Part shown: positions 27,801-38,847 of the stretch, in pieces | Layout: every line of letters starts with the position of its first letter | Numbering within the stretch: the stretch's first letter is position 1 | From: Macrostomum hystrix | Taxonomy: Eukaryota > Animalia > Platyhelminthes | DNA length: 64,000 bases | Direction: 5' to 3' | Assembly: GCA_950097015.1 (NCBI GenBank) | Contig: CATNEN010000005.1 | Span: 5,084,001-5,148,000 of the forward strand | The notes under the pieces: generated by a model | The model's input: the letters and a program-made list of their open reading frames with translations, nothing else | Told to the model about the DNA's origin: nothing | Databases searched by the model: none | Made by a program: the position numbers and the translations under genes

Positions 27801-30480
27801 CGGTCTAGTCCATAGAAGAAAGCTTAACAGACGAGCTTTTTCCAGGCTAGACGGGAGATATTTTAAGCTTTTTCCCCGTCTAGACCTCTGCCGTCGGGTG
27901 GTGGGGCAGACAGAGGCAGGATTGACAGGGTGATAGGTTTGATTGATTGCCTCGAATTTTATGCACAGTTTCATCGTCTTCTTTTTTTCCTCTTTATTTT
28001 CAATCAGGAGGTTGCATCTTCCCATGCAGATGGCGCAAGCCTCATTCCACCTGAGGATTCGCGGCCTGATTCTACCAGTGCCGGTGTCAATGCCTGTGAC
28101 CCCATGCATTTATCAGCTATTAACGAGGCTTTCGACGAAAGTGAGGCTGATGAGTTCGACTACGCCGATCACTTGTCAACAGATGCGGAAGATGGGGACC
28201 CAGGCCAAACAGCAAAGCCATCATTGGAGAGCCTGAATGAGGAGCTTCTAATATTCTTCGTTCGTTACAACATCTCACATCGAGCGATGCAGTTCCTGCT
28301 CAATGCTCTAGTTTGCCGAGGCCTGCCGGTCGCAAGAACAGTGCACCGTCTGCGCAAAGAACCTTCGGCTGAAGCAGTACAAATACAAAAGTACACCATG
28401 GGTAGTGGACACTTTTCCTACATCGGTATTGCTTCGAACCTGGCGTTCCTGATTCGCGGCGGCATGTTGGATCTTGGAAATCCGGAAGCCACCCAGAATG
28501 ACAGAGCAAGGTTGGAACTGGACATTGATGTTGGCATTGACGGAATGCCGATTTACAATTCGTCAAACTACGCGGCATGGCCTATTATCGTTAAGTTTTC
28601 GAGATTCTGTCGCCCACTTCCTGTTGCTGTGTATGCTGGGTTGGGTAAACCACCTCTTACCGAGTACCTGGCCGACTTCATCAAGGAGCTGCAGTCCTTC
28701 ATGACCGACTTTGTCGAAGTTGATGGGGTGCTAATCCACATCAGGAACATCACGTTCATTTGCGACACGCCAGCGCGGTCCTTCATTACCGCAACTTTGG
28801 GCCACAACGCACATCACGGCTGCCCCTACTGCAGAGTGGTAGCCCAGACGGTCGACCGGCGAATAGTCTACCCTGTCGAAGTCGGAGAGTGTCGCACAGC
28901 TGAGGATTACCGTTTTAATAGGTGCGTGTGTGTGCATGGGGTTGTGTGTATGTGTGTGTGCTTTTGCGAATTTTGTATACCAGGTTATACATCTGTATAT
29001 GCCTACATGGCAGGATATCTGACATGTTTTTTACATGTCTACGAACCTGACCTGACGTTGTCTTAATACGTGAATCAGTTAATCATATAAATATGCAAAT
29101 GGCTGTATCGGGATATGGCAACTTAAGAAATGTGATTCCGATTCAGACTGTCTATATAATGGCTGTCCTTTTAAATCTCAAAAATTATTCACATACTTGC
29201 TATATACAATATAAAATATACAATATTCAATATACAATAATATACAATAGCTCGATTCCCGACTCCACGGAAAAAAATTGTGTCCTTTAGCAAGACACTT
29301 AACTCTGCAGTGCTTCGGTTCACCCAGCTGTTAAATAGGTACCAGCATTAGCTGGGGTAATTGAAGGTGGGTGTATGGCGTCCTCCCAGTCCATGGACTG
29401 AACAGCCGTACGCAGCCTTCAGATGCGCCGCGCATTAGCTGCGGCTGTGCTGTCGATTGGGGCAGGTGTAATCAATTATTATTATTACTTGTCTTTATCG
29501 CCAACAACTACTGCAGGGAATCCAACCAGCGGCATGAACCAAGTCCGCTCCTGTCACTGCCAGGCTTGCAACTACCTGATGCTTGCCCACCGGAGCCAAT
29601 GCACCTGCTCTTTCTAGGCGTCGCTAGGCGTCTTTTCACCTTCCTCTTTGCGGTGGATGACGGACGGCGGCGCAAAATTAGGCCGGATCAAGTTTCCGCA
29701 CTTTCTGATTTTGCCGAATCACGTGCTATATATACACCGACAAATTTCCAAAGACGCCCTCGGAGAATCGACCGAGAACTCGGACATTTCAAAGCCAGCG
29801 AGTTCCGCACGTGGACTCTGTATGTGGGCCCGTATTTTTTTCGCAAATTTCTGCCAACAGAGTTGTACAGGCATTTTCTTCTATTTCACTTTGCCTGTTA
29901 TGTTCTTTGCTCTGATAGCCCACAGCCTGAACTTCTTGATGCCGCTGAATCTGCCTTGAAACTTTTTGTGTATGACGCAGCTCAACTGTACGGCAACAGT
30001 TTCATGACTCACAATGCTCACGTTCTTTTGCACTTGTTTCAATACGCGAGGCAACGTGGAAATGTGTCCAACTTTTCGGCCTTTCCATATGAGAACTACC
30101 TCTCTCACTTAAAGGGTCGCCTTCGAGTAACGCGCTTTGTATCATCTTACTTGCTAAATCAAATGCTTTCACTTCGCGACTTACTAGTCAGCAACCCAAT
30201 TCAGCCCATTAAGTACTCTGTTAAGATGCCCGACAACTGTTGCATCGTGAATGGCTCAGTTGTTCGGATTACTTCTGTTCTTGGTGACCAAGTAACTGGC
30301 AATATTCTGTCGCTGCAAAAGGACTTGTATGACTATCCATATCCGTCCTCAAAACTGGGTATCGGAGTCTATTGTAAAACACGATCTTTTGTTACTGGCA
30401 CTCCCCACAGGAAGTGCTTTCTGTTTCCGCGCAAGACCGGAAAGGCATGGCTGGTGATTCCTCTCTCTGGTGTTGATTAG
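12867..30480 (+). CDS. CACTA/EnSpm (Transposase_21-like) transposase, 3 exons, 661 aa
   Basis: Exons 12867-12974 (donor GTGAGT), 28008-28921 (donor GTGCGT) and 29517-30480 join in frame. Motifs [62 protein letters not shown]. Intron 1 contains the KDZ element. Confidence 0.85.
13050..14900 (+). repeat. Left long TIR of the KDZ element, with CTAGCTAGCTATCCTGCCCCC tandem block (~14030-14900)
   Basis: Reverse complement of 26040-27900 apart from a few substitutions and indels. CTAG(A/C)C..GGAAAAAGCT motifs recur in the first ~110 bp. Confidence 0.9.
15105..17831 (+). CDS. Six-exon gene: HMG-box-like N-terminus, central domain, long [10 protein letters not shown] repeat tail; one 1-nt frameshift
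   Basis: Exons 15105-15153, 15446-15558, 15646-15765, 15846-15932, 16154-16303 and 16627-17831 are phase-compatible if one A is added to the A6 run at 15876-15881. N-terminus [39 protein letters not shown] resembles a shortened HMG box. Confidence 0.7.
18035..18160 (+). mobile_element. SINE family 2, 3' fragment
   Basis: CAGTCCATGGACTGAACAGCCG...GCTGTGCTGTCG shared with 29250-29470 and 35150-35350. Confidence 0.7.
19330..20040. repeat. Two clusters of ACCCGA/ACCCGG short repeats (~19330-19395 and ~19930-20040)
   Basis: Directly visible; resembles subterminal repeats of hAT-type MITEs, but no termini were found. Confidence 0.5.
20121..20530 (+). pseudogene. Degenerate, internally deleted mariner (Tc1/mariner) relic
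   Basis: TA-CGAGGGGGTTAAAAAGT mariner-like TIR start; [17 protein letters not shown] followed, after a frameshift, by LPHPPYS (mariner HDNA and PHPPYSPDL motifs). Confidence 0.75.
22161..25315 (-). CDS. Multi-exon KDZ transposase with N-terminal CxC2/CxC3-like cysteine cluster; first exon not located
   Basis: Exon 25315-24890 ([24 protein letters not shown]), then exons carrying [55 protein letters not shown] and [10 protein letters not shown], which are characteristic KDZ motifs. Not every junction was resolved. Confidence 0.88.
25372..25700. repeat. GGGGCA-based low-complexity repeat
   Basis: Visible (GGGGCA)n runs giving Pro/Cys or Gly-rich ORFs in several frames. Confidence 0.8.
26040..27900 (-). 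repeat. Right long TIR of the KDZ element, with GGGGGCAGGATAGCTAGCTAG tandem block (~26040-27010)
   Basis: Reverse complement of 13050-14900. Confidence 0.9.
29245..29470 (+). mobile_element. SINE family 2 copy (MetaSINE-like) in transposase intron 2
   Basis: Remnant B box (CGATTCCCGACTCC), then GTGTCCTTTAGCAAGACACTTAAC and CACCCAGCTGTTAAATAGGTACC, resembling the Meta-type central SINE domain as I recall it. Confidence 0.75.
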
Positions 30481-31136
30481 TGGAATCGCATTCTGTTCCA
30501 CCCTTGTCAGCAAATGTAATTTTGACTGTTAATGTTTTGCATCAATTTGACTACAGACATAAAAATGTACAAATGTAAAAAACTGTATACTCCCTGTATC
30601 CCTGTAAACTGTATACTGATATTGAGCAGCAAAGTCCGAATAGCAAAATAAATACCGGGAATCGGGAATGATAAGCGATAAGGTTTATTTGAGGCGGTGT
30701 GTGGTCTCCGATAACAGGAGTCCATTTTTCTTGCCGTCCGTTGCCTGAAGAACGCGTTGACACTTTAATGCCAAAACTTTGTTCTTTCGCACATTTTTAC
30801 GAAATTCTTAAATCGAATTTAATTTTATAGGGCATTCGAAAGCGTGTCATTATCTTCGTAATTGCTTTTATTGTACGCGTACTCATTGACTTAGAAGCTT
30901 AGTGTTTTAGCAACAAGCATGCTTCCAGAATCACTTAATTCCCATTAATTGAAGTGACTGCTAGAAACGGTAAACATCTAGCTAGTAGAGCTCTTCTGCA
31001 TGGTCACAGGACTTGCACGGCCAAAAGAGGAAGGAGCAGCTCAAATAAAAACTGATAAACTGATGACTGGTCTCCCCACCACAGACAGAAGGAAAGCCGG
31101 CCTTATCTTATCCATTTGGTCTGTGCTCCCAGAGAC

Positions 31137-31170
31137 TTCTAGAAATAACAACTTCTAGAAACTTCTAGAA
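31137..31170. promoter_or_regulatory. Heat-shock element (HSF site) upstream of the SET gene
   Basis: TTCtaGAAacTTCtaGAA at 31153-31170 is a perfect four-unit nGAAn inverted array; an extra TTCTAGAA lies at 31137-31144; 130 bp upstream of the ATG at 31300. Confidence 0.7.
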
Positions 31171-31299
31171 ATAAAAAGTCTGTGTGCTCCCCTCCCCACC
31201 CCACTTGATCGGTCCCACCCAAACCCGTTCAGAGTCATTACACACTACACAGGAAATTATTTTGCGATTTATTTTCATCACAAAAGTATTTAATATTTC

Positions 31300-32756
31300 A
31301 TGGATATGAGTGATCAGTGGCTAATATCTGACTGCGGAAGTGCAGACACAGCAGCGCCCGGTTTAAAAATTCGTTTAAAGCGCGTATCGACCGCCCTCAA
31401 TGAGGTGAGAATTCAGAGGCAGCAAATTATTTGAGATTGTAAAAAGTTTACAACTTTTCCTTTATTCTTTTGTTATATTTCTATTGTACACTCACGTATT
31501 GCACGCATACATTGCCAGACTTCCCAACGCGCTGATCAGGTCAGGGTGACCTGCGAAACTGGCCCGGGACTTATAGTCCGATTCAAGCGACATTCTTGCG
31601 CAATTCCATCAACGGCTGAACTTCAGGTGAATGATAATGTATGTTACCTGCCTGTTCAATAACTTGTCCTTCTAAGTATTCTCCTTCTCCCCTCTGCAAC
31701 TATAATCTCCCACTATAATCTTTGCATGTAGGCCCCGCGTCTTAATTTCTGTTATGCACATTCTCATGTTTCTGCATTAGAAAATATTAAAAATGTTTAA
31801 TTTTTCAGACTAACAAACGCGCTGTCCCTGAGGTCAACGTCGAATTATCCTTCTCCGACAGCGAGGAAGAGGGCGAAGGCAACTCACGCGTGGATCAATC
31901 TTTACGAATCGCCCTAGCAGTATGTCCATTAGAGGTTCGTCAATCAATTGAGTGCGGTTAGATGGTGTGGCTGTATAAAGCTGATTTTGGGGCAAAGTTT
32001 CCTTTTCTGTAATCGTTTTTCTTTGAGTAACTTAATGAGAGAGGAGAGGATTAAGAGGGAGTAAAAAGTAGAGGCCGATTAAGTGAGATGAGATGCAAAC
32101 GAGATGTCAGCAAGCAAGTGAAATGTGAGAGAGGCGATGGAGAAAAGGGCGATTTAGAAGCATGAAAAAAAAACAAATTAAATCGTGTTTAACTACACCC
32201 CCGCACAGCCTTTGCCTGACCCGACCGTTAAGAAGAGGCCGGCTCAGAGGCTCAGCCGATCTAGTGTCGATTATCGTCCCCCGACATCCACTAGAGATAC
32301 AACCGAGCGCATACTGGGCATCAACGGGAAGACAGACACCGCGATCGCTGTTGCACCTGCGGGCGAGAAGGGACTGGGCGCCTTTGCGAGAATCAACCTA
32401 GCTGCGGGGGCGTTTGTCGATCAATTCGCCGGAATCCTGCTGAACGAACAGGAAGCGATTATAGACGCGAATGTGAACCTAACTCCGACTGGATGCTATT
32501 TGAGTTTAAAGTTAACGGCAAATTATGGGTAATTGACGCCAGCAACAGTGACGGATTGGGAAGGTACCTGAACCATTCTTCTACTGCTCCTAACTGTAAA
32601 GCAAAGCTCATTATTATCGACCAGGGGCTGCGACCCGTCATTTATTTCGTGACAAATAAATATGTTGCAACGGGCACAGAACTGACGTTCGACTATACGA
32701 CTGGTAGAGGTATCGATAATGATGATCTTGTGAAGAACCCATGGCTTCGAGACTAG
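31300..32756 (+). CDS. PR-Set7/SETD8(KMT5A)-like SET-domain lysine methyltransferase, 4 exons, frameshifted near 32495
   Basis: Exons 31300-31404, 31519-31626, 31809-31919 and 32209-32756, all phase 0. Motifs GEKGLGAFA, GCY/FEF, IDAS, GRYLNHS, ELTFDY and C-terminal NPWL (SETD8 ends in HPWL). The frame breaks at TGCTATTTGAG. Confidence 0.85.
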
Positions 32757-32795
32757 AAAGACACGCATGTTATTATGACTCGTCGCTTAGTTTCT

Positions 32796-33560
32796 TCTAA
32801 TATACTAAAAATGAAATGGTTGCTTGCTTGCTTGTAATTGATTTTCTCCCGAACGGCTCAACCGATTTTCACCATTTCTTCACCAAAAGATGCCAAATAT
32901 GGGGACAATTTTACACGTATTTTTATTAAGCTTAACTTTATTGCTAAAGGGATTAAATATTCGAAAAACATGTTTTTTGACCATTTCAAAGGTCAAACTA
33001 TCTTGGCCTATTGAGAATTTCATTCACTGAATGCCACTGAGTTAGAATTGCATCATCAACTTGCGCAACACCCACTAGCTGACTGAGTTAAAAGCCTGCA
33101 CTCTGGAGACAAATTGGAAATAAATGTACACGACAAACCGCGAGACTACTGCGAGTGTACTCTTTTCTTACTTCATTGTACAAAGCCAGAACTTTGAGAA
33201 TTCATTTTATAAGGCTGATTTTTGCACCCACTAACCAACAGTCGGAATAGCCGATAGCCGATGTGTAGGCACTAGGAATAGTTTAGGCTAGGCTAGGGTT
33301 CGATTCTGCACTGCGTCAAATAATTTAGACTAATTTTCAGCCAGTAGTGACTGAAGATTATTTAAATTTATTTTTGTCACCACAACATTTTTATCATAGA
33401 TGATAAAATATCATCTATCAAAGCAAACCAGAGTTTAAATCATGGCTAAAGCAGAGTTTGAATCATGGCTAAACCAGAGTTTGAATCATGGCTAAACCAG
33501 AGATTGAATCATGGCTAAACCAGACTTTGAATCATGGCTAAACCAGAGTTTGAATCCTGA
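32796..33560 (+). mobile_element. Second copy of the Helitron 5' region with only ~6 units of the 23-bp repeat
   Basis: Starts TCTAATATACTAAAAATG; direct paralogue of 1941-2600; no matching 3' end found. Confidence 0.8.
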
Positions 33561-35149
33561 ATCCTCCTAATGAGACCTGAACTGTCAGACTGATCACATT
33601 TTTGTAATCAGTGAGCATTCAGATAGAAATGCTGACTTCAAAAAAGGTCTAGCTGAGTCGTTTTCTAACCTGCAGCGATCGATATATGCTCTGAAAGGCG
33701 AGAAGGAGTTTTAAGGCGCAAATGTTATAATTTAAATACGTCATTAATATTTGGTATGCAACGCAAATATCATTATTTAGTAAAAATACGCAACTTTAAT
33801 AAATGCTTTATCCAATGGCAACAAGGGAATGCATCCAACTCTAAGCGAATGCTTGAAGTTGGCTTATGGAATGAGCTGCATGGTTAAACACGAAGTGCGG
33901 TACGTACGACAAAAAGACTAACGTTATAGCACTTATCTACTGTCATATTAAAGGTGAGTGCATTTTGCTTTATTGTAATATTGTGTTAGCATTTGTTGTG
34001 TAAATTGCAGCATGTTAAACGACGTGTAGCTAATGGCTAGAAAGAGATTTAGTTTTACCACCTAGCACCAAATCGAAGTTTTTTAAGGAAAGTAAAACCT
34101 GCAAAACCGGGTATATATTTTTTAGGATATTTAAAAGCATATTTTAAGAATTGTTAAAAAAACTGTCAAGAATTGCGAAGAACTATTGGTATAAAATAGC
34201 AAAAAGTGGTTTAACAGACCTTTTATTTTTTCTGGGCACCAGAAGGTAGGTGCCGGGGCGGGGTGAAGTTGGTAGATGCCCCGGAACCTACCTTCACCTT
34301 CCATGTGCCGCCCTGGCCCACCGTGTGTGGCTCTATAAGCCACGGTGAGCCAGGGCCCTGCTGCGGCTGCTGCTGCTGCTTCTGTTGTGCGGTAACGGTA
34401 TCCATCATAAACGCAGTTTATATCTGCTGTGAAAGATTTTGTATCTGCTGTGAAAGATCAGAAACTTCAGAACTTCAGAAACTATCAGAAACTAGATATC
34501 TGAAATTAATTGGTTTTAATCAAATTCGTATCTTCGTATGAACAGATCTTTGTATGATATCGATTTTTAAGAGCACTCGGCACTGAAATCTCAGAGGAAT
34601 CAAATGAGAAGCAATCAAAAGAATCTCGAAGGAATTAAACAAATAAAAGAAATTGAAAGACAGACGAAACAATTCTAGGTTTCGGCAAGAGTGTTCTATT
34701 AAATAAATTCTGCTGACTGGTGAGTTACTAAAGTTTCAATTGTAGCTCGAACATTTTTTATCAGACTAGTTTAAATTGCTAATAATAAGTTTTTCAGGCA
34801 TTAAAATATTCATCATTATTAAACAGGTCCTTATCACACTAGCTGGAATGGTAGCATTGTTGACTGGCTTAAGGCAGTACTACCTAGCAACTGCTTTCCT
34901 TTACATCAGTGCATCTGAGAACTGGTCACATTGTAAGTGCTTGACTAATCATGATCCTTTTGTGAAATACTAAACACCTATCCCAGAATTGATAGCTACT
35001 AGCTTTTTGAGTCATTGGTTTGTATTATACATGTTTACAGGTTCAGTTTGTCAGACCCTAAAGTGTCATAAAAATTATAGCCATTCACTAGCTATTGCCA
35101 GCTGTTGGTACTAGCTAGGGTTATTTGGTCTGCTGCATTTATGTGAGAC

Positions 35150-35350
35150 AATTTGTGTCCTTTAGCAAGAAACTTAATTAACTCTGCATTGATTTAGTTC
35201 ACCCTGCTGTTAAATGGTACCAGCATTCGCTGGGATAATTGAAGGTGGGTGTGGTGTCCCCCCAGTCCATGGACTGTACAGCTGTACGCAGTCTTCAGAT
35301 GAGCCGCGTAATAGCTGCAGCTGTGCTGTCGTCTGCACATCTGGCCCGAT
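35150..35350 (+). mobile_element. SINE family 2, headless copy
   Basis: GTGTCCTTTAGCAAGAAACTTAA...CCAGTCCATGGACTG...GCTGTGCTGTCG. Confidence 0.7.
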
Positions 35351-35849
35351 TAGTGTACTCAATTATTATAGTTATTTGCATTCATATACAAGGTTGGTTC
35401 TAAGCACTTTTGTTCATTGATTAGTAGCTCTGATTACTTTAGAAATGGAGGTGTAGTAGTAGATCAGACGCTCTTGAAACAGCAGCAATTTAAGGCAAGT
35501 CAAGTTACTTGTACTGGTAACTAGTATTTGGTCCTACCATAGCCAGTGACCCCAGTGTATACTTGAGTTATTTGGTCTGGTTTAATGGTATTTAGCAGCT
35601 AGGGGTCGGCAATGAGCCAGTGGGCCACTTACAGAACCTAAAAGACGACGGCTGTATTAAATGTAGGAATCTGAGAAAGGGCAGGGATTAGACATAGGAT
35701 AGATGAGGCAGGGGGGAATTAGGGTGGGGGGTTTGATTCCCAACTCTACTGGTACAACTTATGCCCTTTGGCAAGAGGCCTAACTTGCTTGCTTCGGTTC
35801 ACCCAGTTATAAAATTAATAATAATCCATTAACTAATTACAACTGTCAC

Positions 35850-36152
35850 TATTGGGCCAGATGTGTAGCCGACAGCACAGCTGCAACTATTGTGCGGCGC
35901 ATCTGAAGACTGCGTACGGCTACGGACTGCAGCCAGTACAGTCCATCAACTGGGGGTAGGCTACACCCACTATAAGTTACCACAGCTACTACTGGTACCC
36001 ATATAATAGCTAGCTGAACTGAAGCAATTCAGAGGTAATTGCCTTTCTTAGAGACACAAATTTCAAATTGTTTCTTAAAGAAACAGGAGTCAGGAATCGA
36101 ACCATCAACCTTCAAGATGCGAGTCTGACGCTCTAACTGCTGGGCTACAACC
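35850..36152 (-). mobile_element. SINE family 2, near full length with tRNA-like head
   Basis: Minus strand GGGTTGTAGCCCAGCAGTTAGAGCG...GGTTCGATTCCTGACTCC (A and B boxes), followed by the family-2 body. Confidence 0.75.
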
Positions 36153-36161
36153 CAGCTGTAA

Positions 36162-36554
36162 AATAATAATAATAATGACACTAGACACAAGGGCCAGTGC
36201 AGGTGTTGTGTGTCAAGCACACTAGCAGGTGGGGACTGCACACCTAATGTACTCCCCGGCCCTCTCGGACACCGGTTGACAGCCGCGTGTCAGCAATGGA
36301 ATTTATTTTTTCCAAACATATCGGCAGCATCCAAACCTACTGAATTGCCGCACAGAACTGCTTTATTTCACGCCAGCCGGAATTATTATTCCTCGACGAA
36401 ATATCGGTACTCATTTGCAGCTGAGTAGACTGTGTGCACATCAGGGCAAAGCAGCTTGCCAAAGGCTGCACGAATAGTTCTAGACTAGGTCGGGAGTTGA
36501 ACCCAGGACCATCTGATCCAGAGTCCGACACCTTTACAGACCGAGCTATCCGCC
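36162..36554 (-). mobile_element. tRNA-derived SINE, family 1
   Basis: Colinear with 637-1032, including head and (TTA)n tail. Confidence 0.85.
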
Positions 36555-36569
36555 CCTCTGTTTATCCGA

Positions 36570-36715
36570 GCTAGCTGTAAAATGGGTACCAATATTAGCT
36601 ATTTGAACTTAAGGTGGGTCTGGCATCCCTCAGTCCATGGACTGAACAGCCATGTGCAGCCTTTAGATTCGAGCGTATGCTGCACAATAGCTGTGGCTGT
36701 GCTCTAGACCATACT
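36570..36715 (+). mobile_element. SINE family 2 fragment
   Basis: AGCTGTAAAATGGGTACC and CAGTCCATGGACTGAACAGCC. Confidence 0.65.
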
Positions 36716-38269
36716 GCACAATTGGCCGGATAGGTATAATAAATTATATTAATTACTTAGCCTATATATAATATATGTGCTATAGAATTTATTTTTCTGC
36801 TCTGTTTAATACATTTAAAACTAACAAGCTAACCAACAACTCTCTTAACCACCTTATCCTTTTCAAACAGGTTAAGGAATGGCAAGATTCTCAATCTGCA
36901 TGTACGAGAGCTTACTGGAACTTCTACTGTATCTGGTGCTTGGCCAACAAGAGCTAGCCTGAATGCTGCTGCCATCCAAGATTATGAAAGGCATGATTGA
37001 CTATAGCTCACTGTTAACTGACAGATCTTTGCTTCTTAATGCCTAAGCATGACCAAAACTGCATGCCACATACCTAAACCAGCTAATAAGTAATAATACG
37101 ACATTTTTCATGACAATTAGTTCTCATATCATAGCTATATAACAGTTTCTTTCTTTCACTGTTTCAATAAAATAGCCACTTGTGAAAGCCCAAGAATAAA
37201 CAGAAGTTAGACTTGAAGTATCTAGAGCAGAAAATAGGAGTTGTAACCTAGCTATATAGTATATAGGCATTTAAGCCTCACATGGTACAATTCATTATAG
37301 TTGCAAAAATATGTATTTTTTGCTAAATTAAAGTAAATATACACTATGCGCTTTAAAATAACACTCTTTTTTGTAAAAAATATTCCTGTAGCTTCATAAT
37401 ATATCCTAACTAAGCTACACTGACATTGCTGATCAAATAGACTTTCACTTAATAATTAACTTATATATAAAACCACAAAGTGATGGCGAGTTTGATATCG
37501 GTGTTTATATTCACTTTGTCTTGTCTAATGAATTTTAGTGTCTTACTGTGAATAGTTTTTGAGAATTCGTTGATCGAATCGAGAATTCTCACGTACATAA
37601 TAGCTAATTAATTGAGGATCCGGTCAGGTCAAAGTGAAAGTTTGCAGTGCATGCGCTTTCAAAAACTTTGCTCAGGCCATTCTTTCGTTTTTAAGCTGCA
37701 ATTTGAAACTAAAAAATTGATTCCTACATCTTATTAAGTTTAGTGCAACTGGCTTCTTCTGCGACAAAACTTTTTATTGCCTGCGGTCAAAATACATGTG
37801 TTTGTTAAATTTTACATTTACGTCGCCTTTTTACGGACTCAAATCGGACGGAAAACGGACCATCACAATTATGCGATTTCTACCTATTCTATATACTCCT
37901 AAATACATAGCTATTCGAGATGTAATGCAATTAAAGCAGTTGCCGCAGTATCAATCATTTTATACGGCTATTGAGCGGTTTACTGCAGACGGCCGGAATA
38001 TGCATGGCCGACCAGAAGATCGAATTGTATACACGCTCAGAATATTTTGATGATTCCACTATATACTCGTAAATTTTTTCACTGATGCACACAAATTTTA
38101 TTTCCTAGCTCTCACTGATCAGTAAAACAGTAAGTATATGTATAGTAAATAATTTATATCTAAAAACTAAATATTACGACTATACAAACCAAACATTTAA
38201 CTTGCTGCACTACTAACGTTTAAATACGAATAGTATTTCAAGCATGTTAGGTTCTGTACAGTAGATCAA

Positions 38270-38847
38270 AAAATGACATTTTGCGGACTGGAATCGGACT
38301 GTTGGAATTACACAATTTTTCATCTTTTAAATGCATAAGTAACGGAAAATAAAGTATTTTATGACGTTTCCAGCAGCTAACTCAAGTAATTTTTTATGGA
38401 ACATCGTCCTCCTCGTCGCTCTATTGAGGACTCAAAACGGACCGCGGACGCGTCGGCCTTTTGCAGACTAATTTCGGACTGTACGAATTACACATTTTTT
38501 CATCTTTTAAATGCATTTAGAACTGAAATCAAGGCCTTTTAAGACGTTTTTAGCAGCTAACTCACGAGTAATTTTTTTTGGAACATCGTCCTTCTCGTCG
38601 GCCTTTTTCGGACTCAAATCGGACCATTTTGGAGCCGGTCGACGCGTCGGCCTTTTTCGGACTAAAATCGGACTGTACGAAATACACATTTTTTAATCTT
38701 TTAAATGCATTTATAACTGAAATCAAGACCTCTTAAGACGTTTTCAGCAGCTAACTCGATTATTTTTTAGCTGAGCTGACGAAGGCCAAAATGGGACCGT
38801 AGGGGTCCGAAAGACGTCCGGCGGACGATGAATTTTACACCGGGGTG
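38270..38847. repeat. Subterminal tandem repeats (~185 bp x3) and putative right terminus of the CMC-like element
   Basis: Three diverged units, each with CGGACT(C/A)AAATCGGAC and CAGCAGCTAACTC, ending in GACGTCCGGCGGACG...CACCGGGGTG, then an abrupt switch to (AAATAT)n. Confidence 0.65.

Larger units (their letters stand above)
13050..27900. mobile_element. Complete KDZ (Kyakuja-Dileera-Zisupton) DNA transposon, 14.85 kb
   Basis: Termini CACCCGACGGCAGAGG...CCTCTGCCGTCGGGTG, long inverted repeats, flanking direct repeat GTGGGGC (13043-13049 and 27901-27907), KDZ transposase gene inside. Confidence 0.9.
1..38847. mobile_element. Putative giant CACTA/EnSpm(CMC)-like DNA transposon; left end probably just outside the window
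   Basis: Spliced Transposase_21-like gene plus DUF4806-like gene inside. CGGAC-rich subterminal-type motifs at 1-50 and 37830-38830. Right end reads ...TTTTACACCGGGGTG (reverse complement CACCCCGGTGTAAAA, a CAC/CCC-type CMC terminus). Left TIR and TSD not visible, so the boundaries are inferred. Confidence 0.6.
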
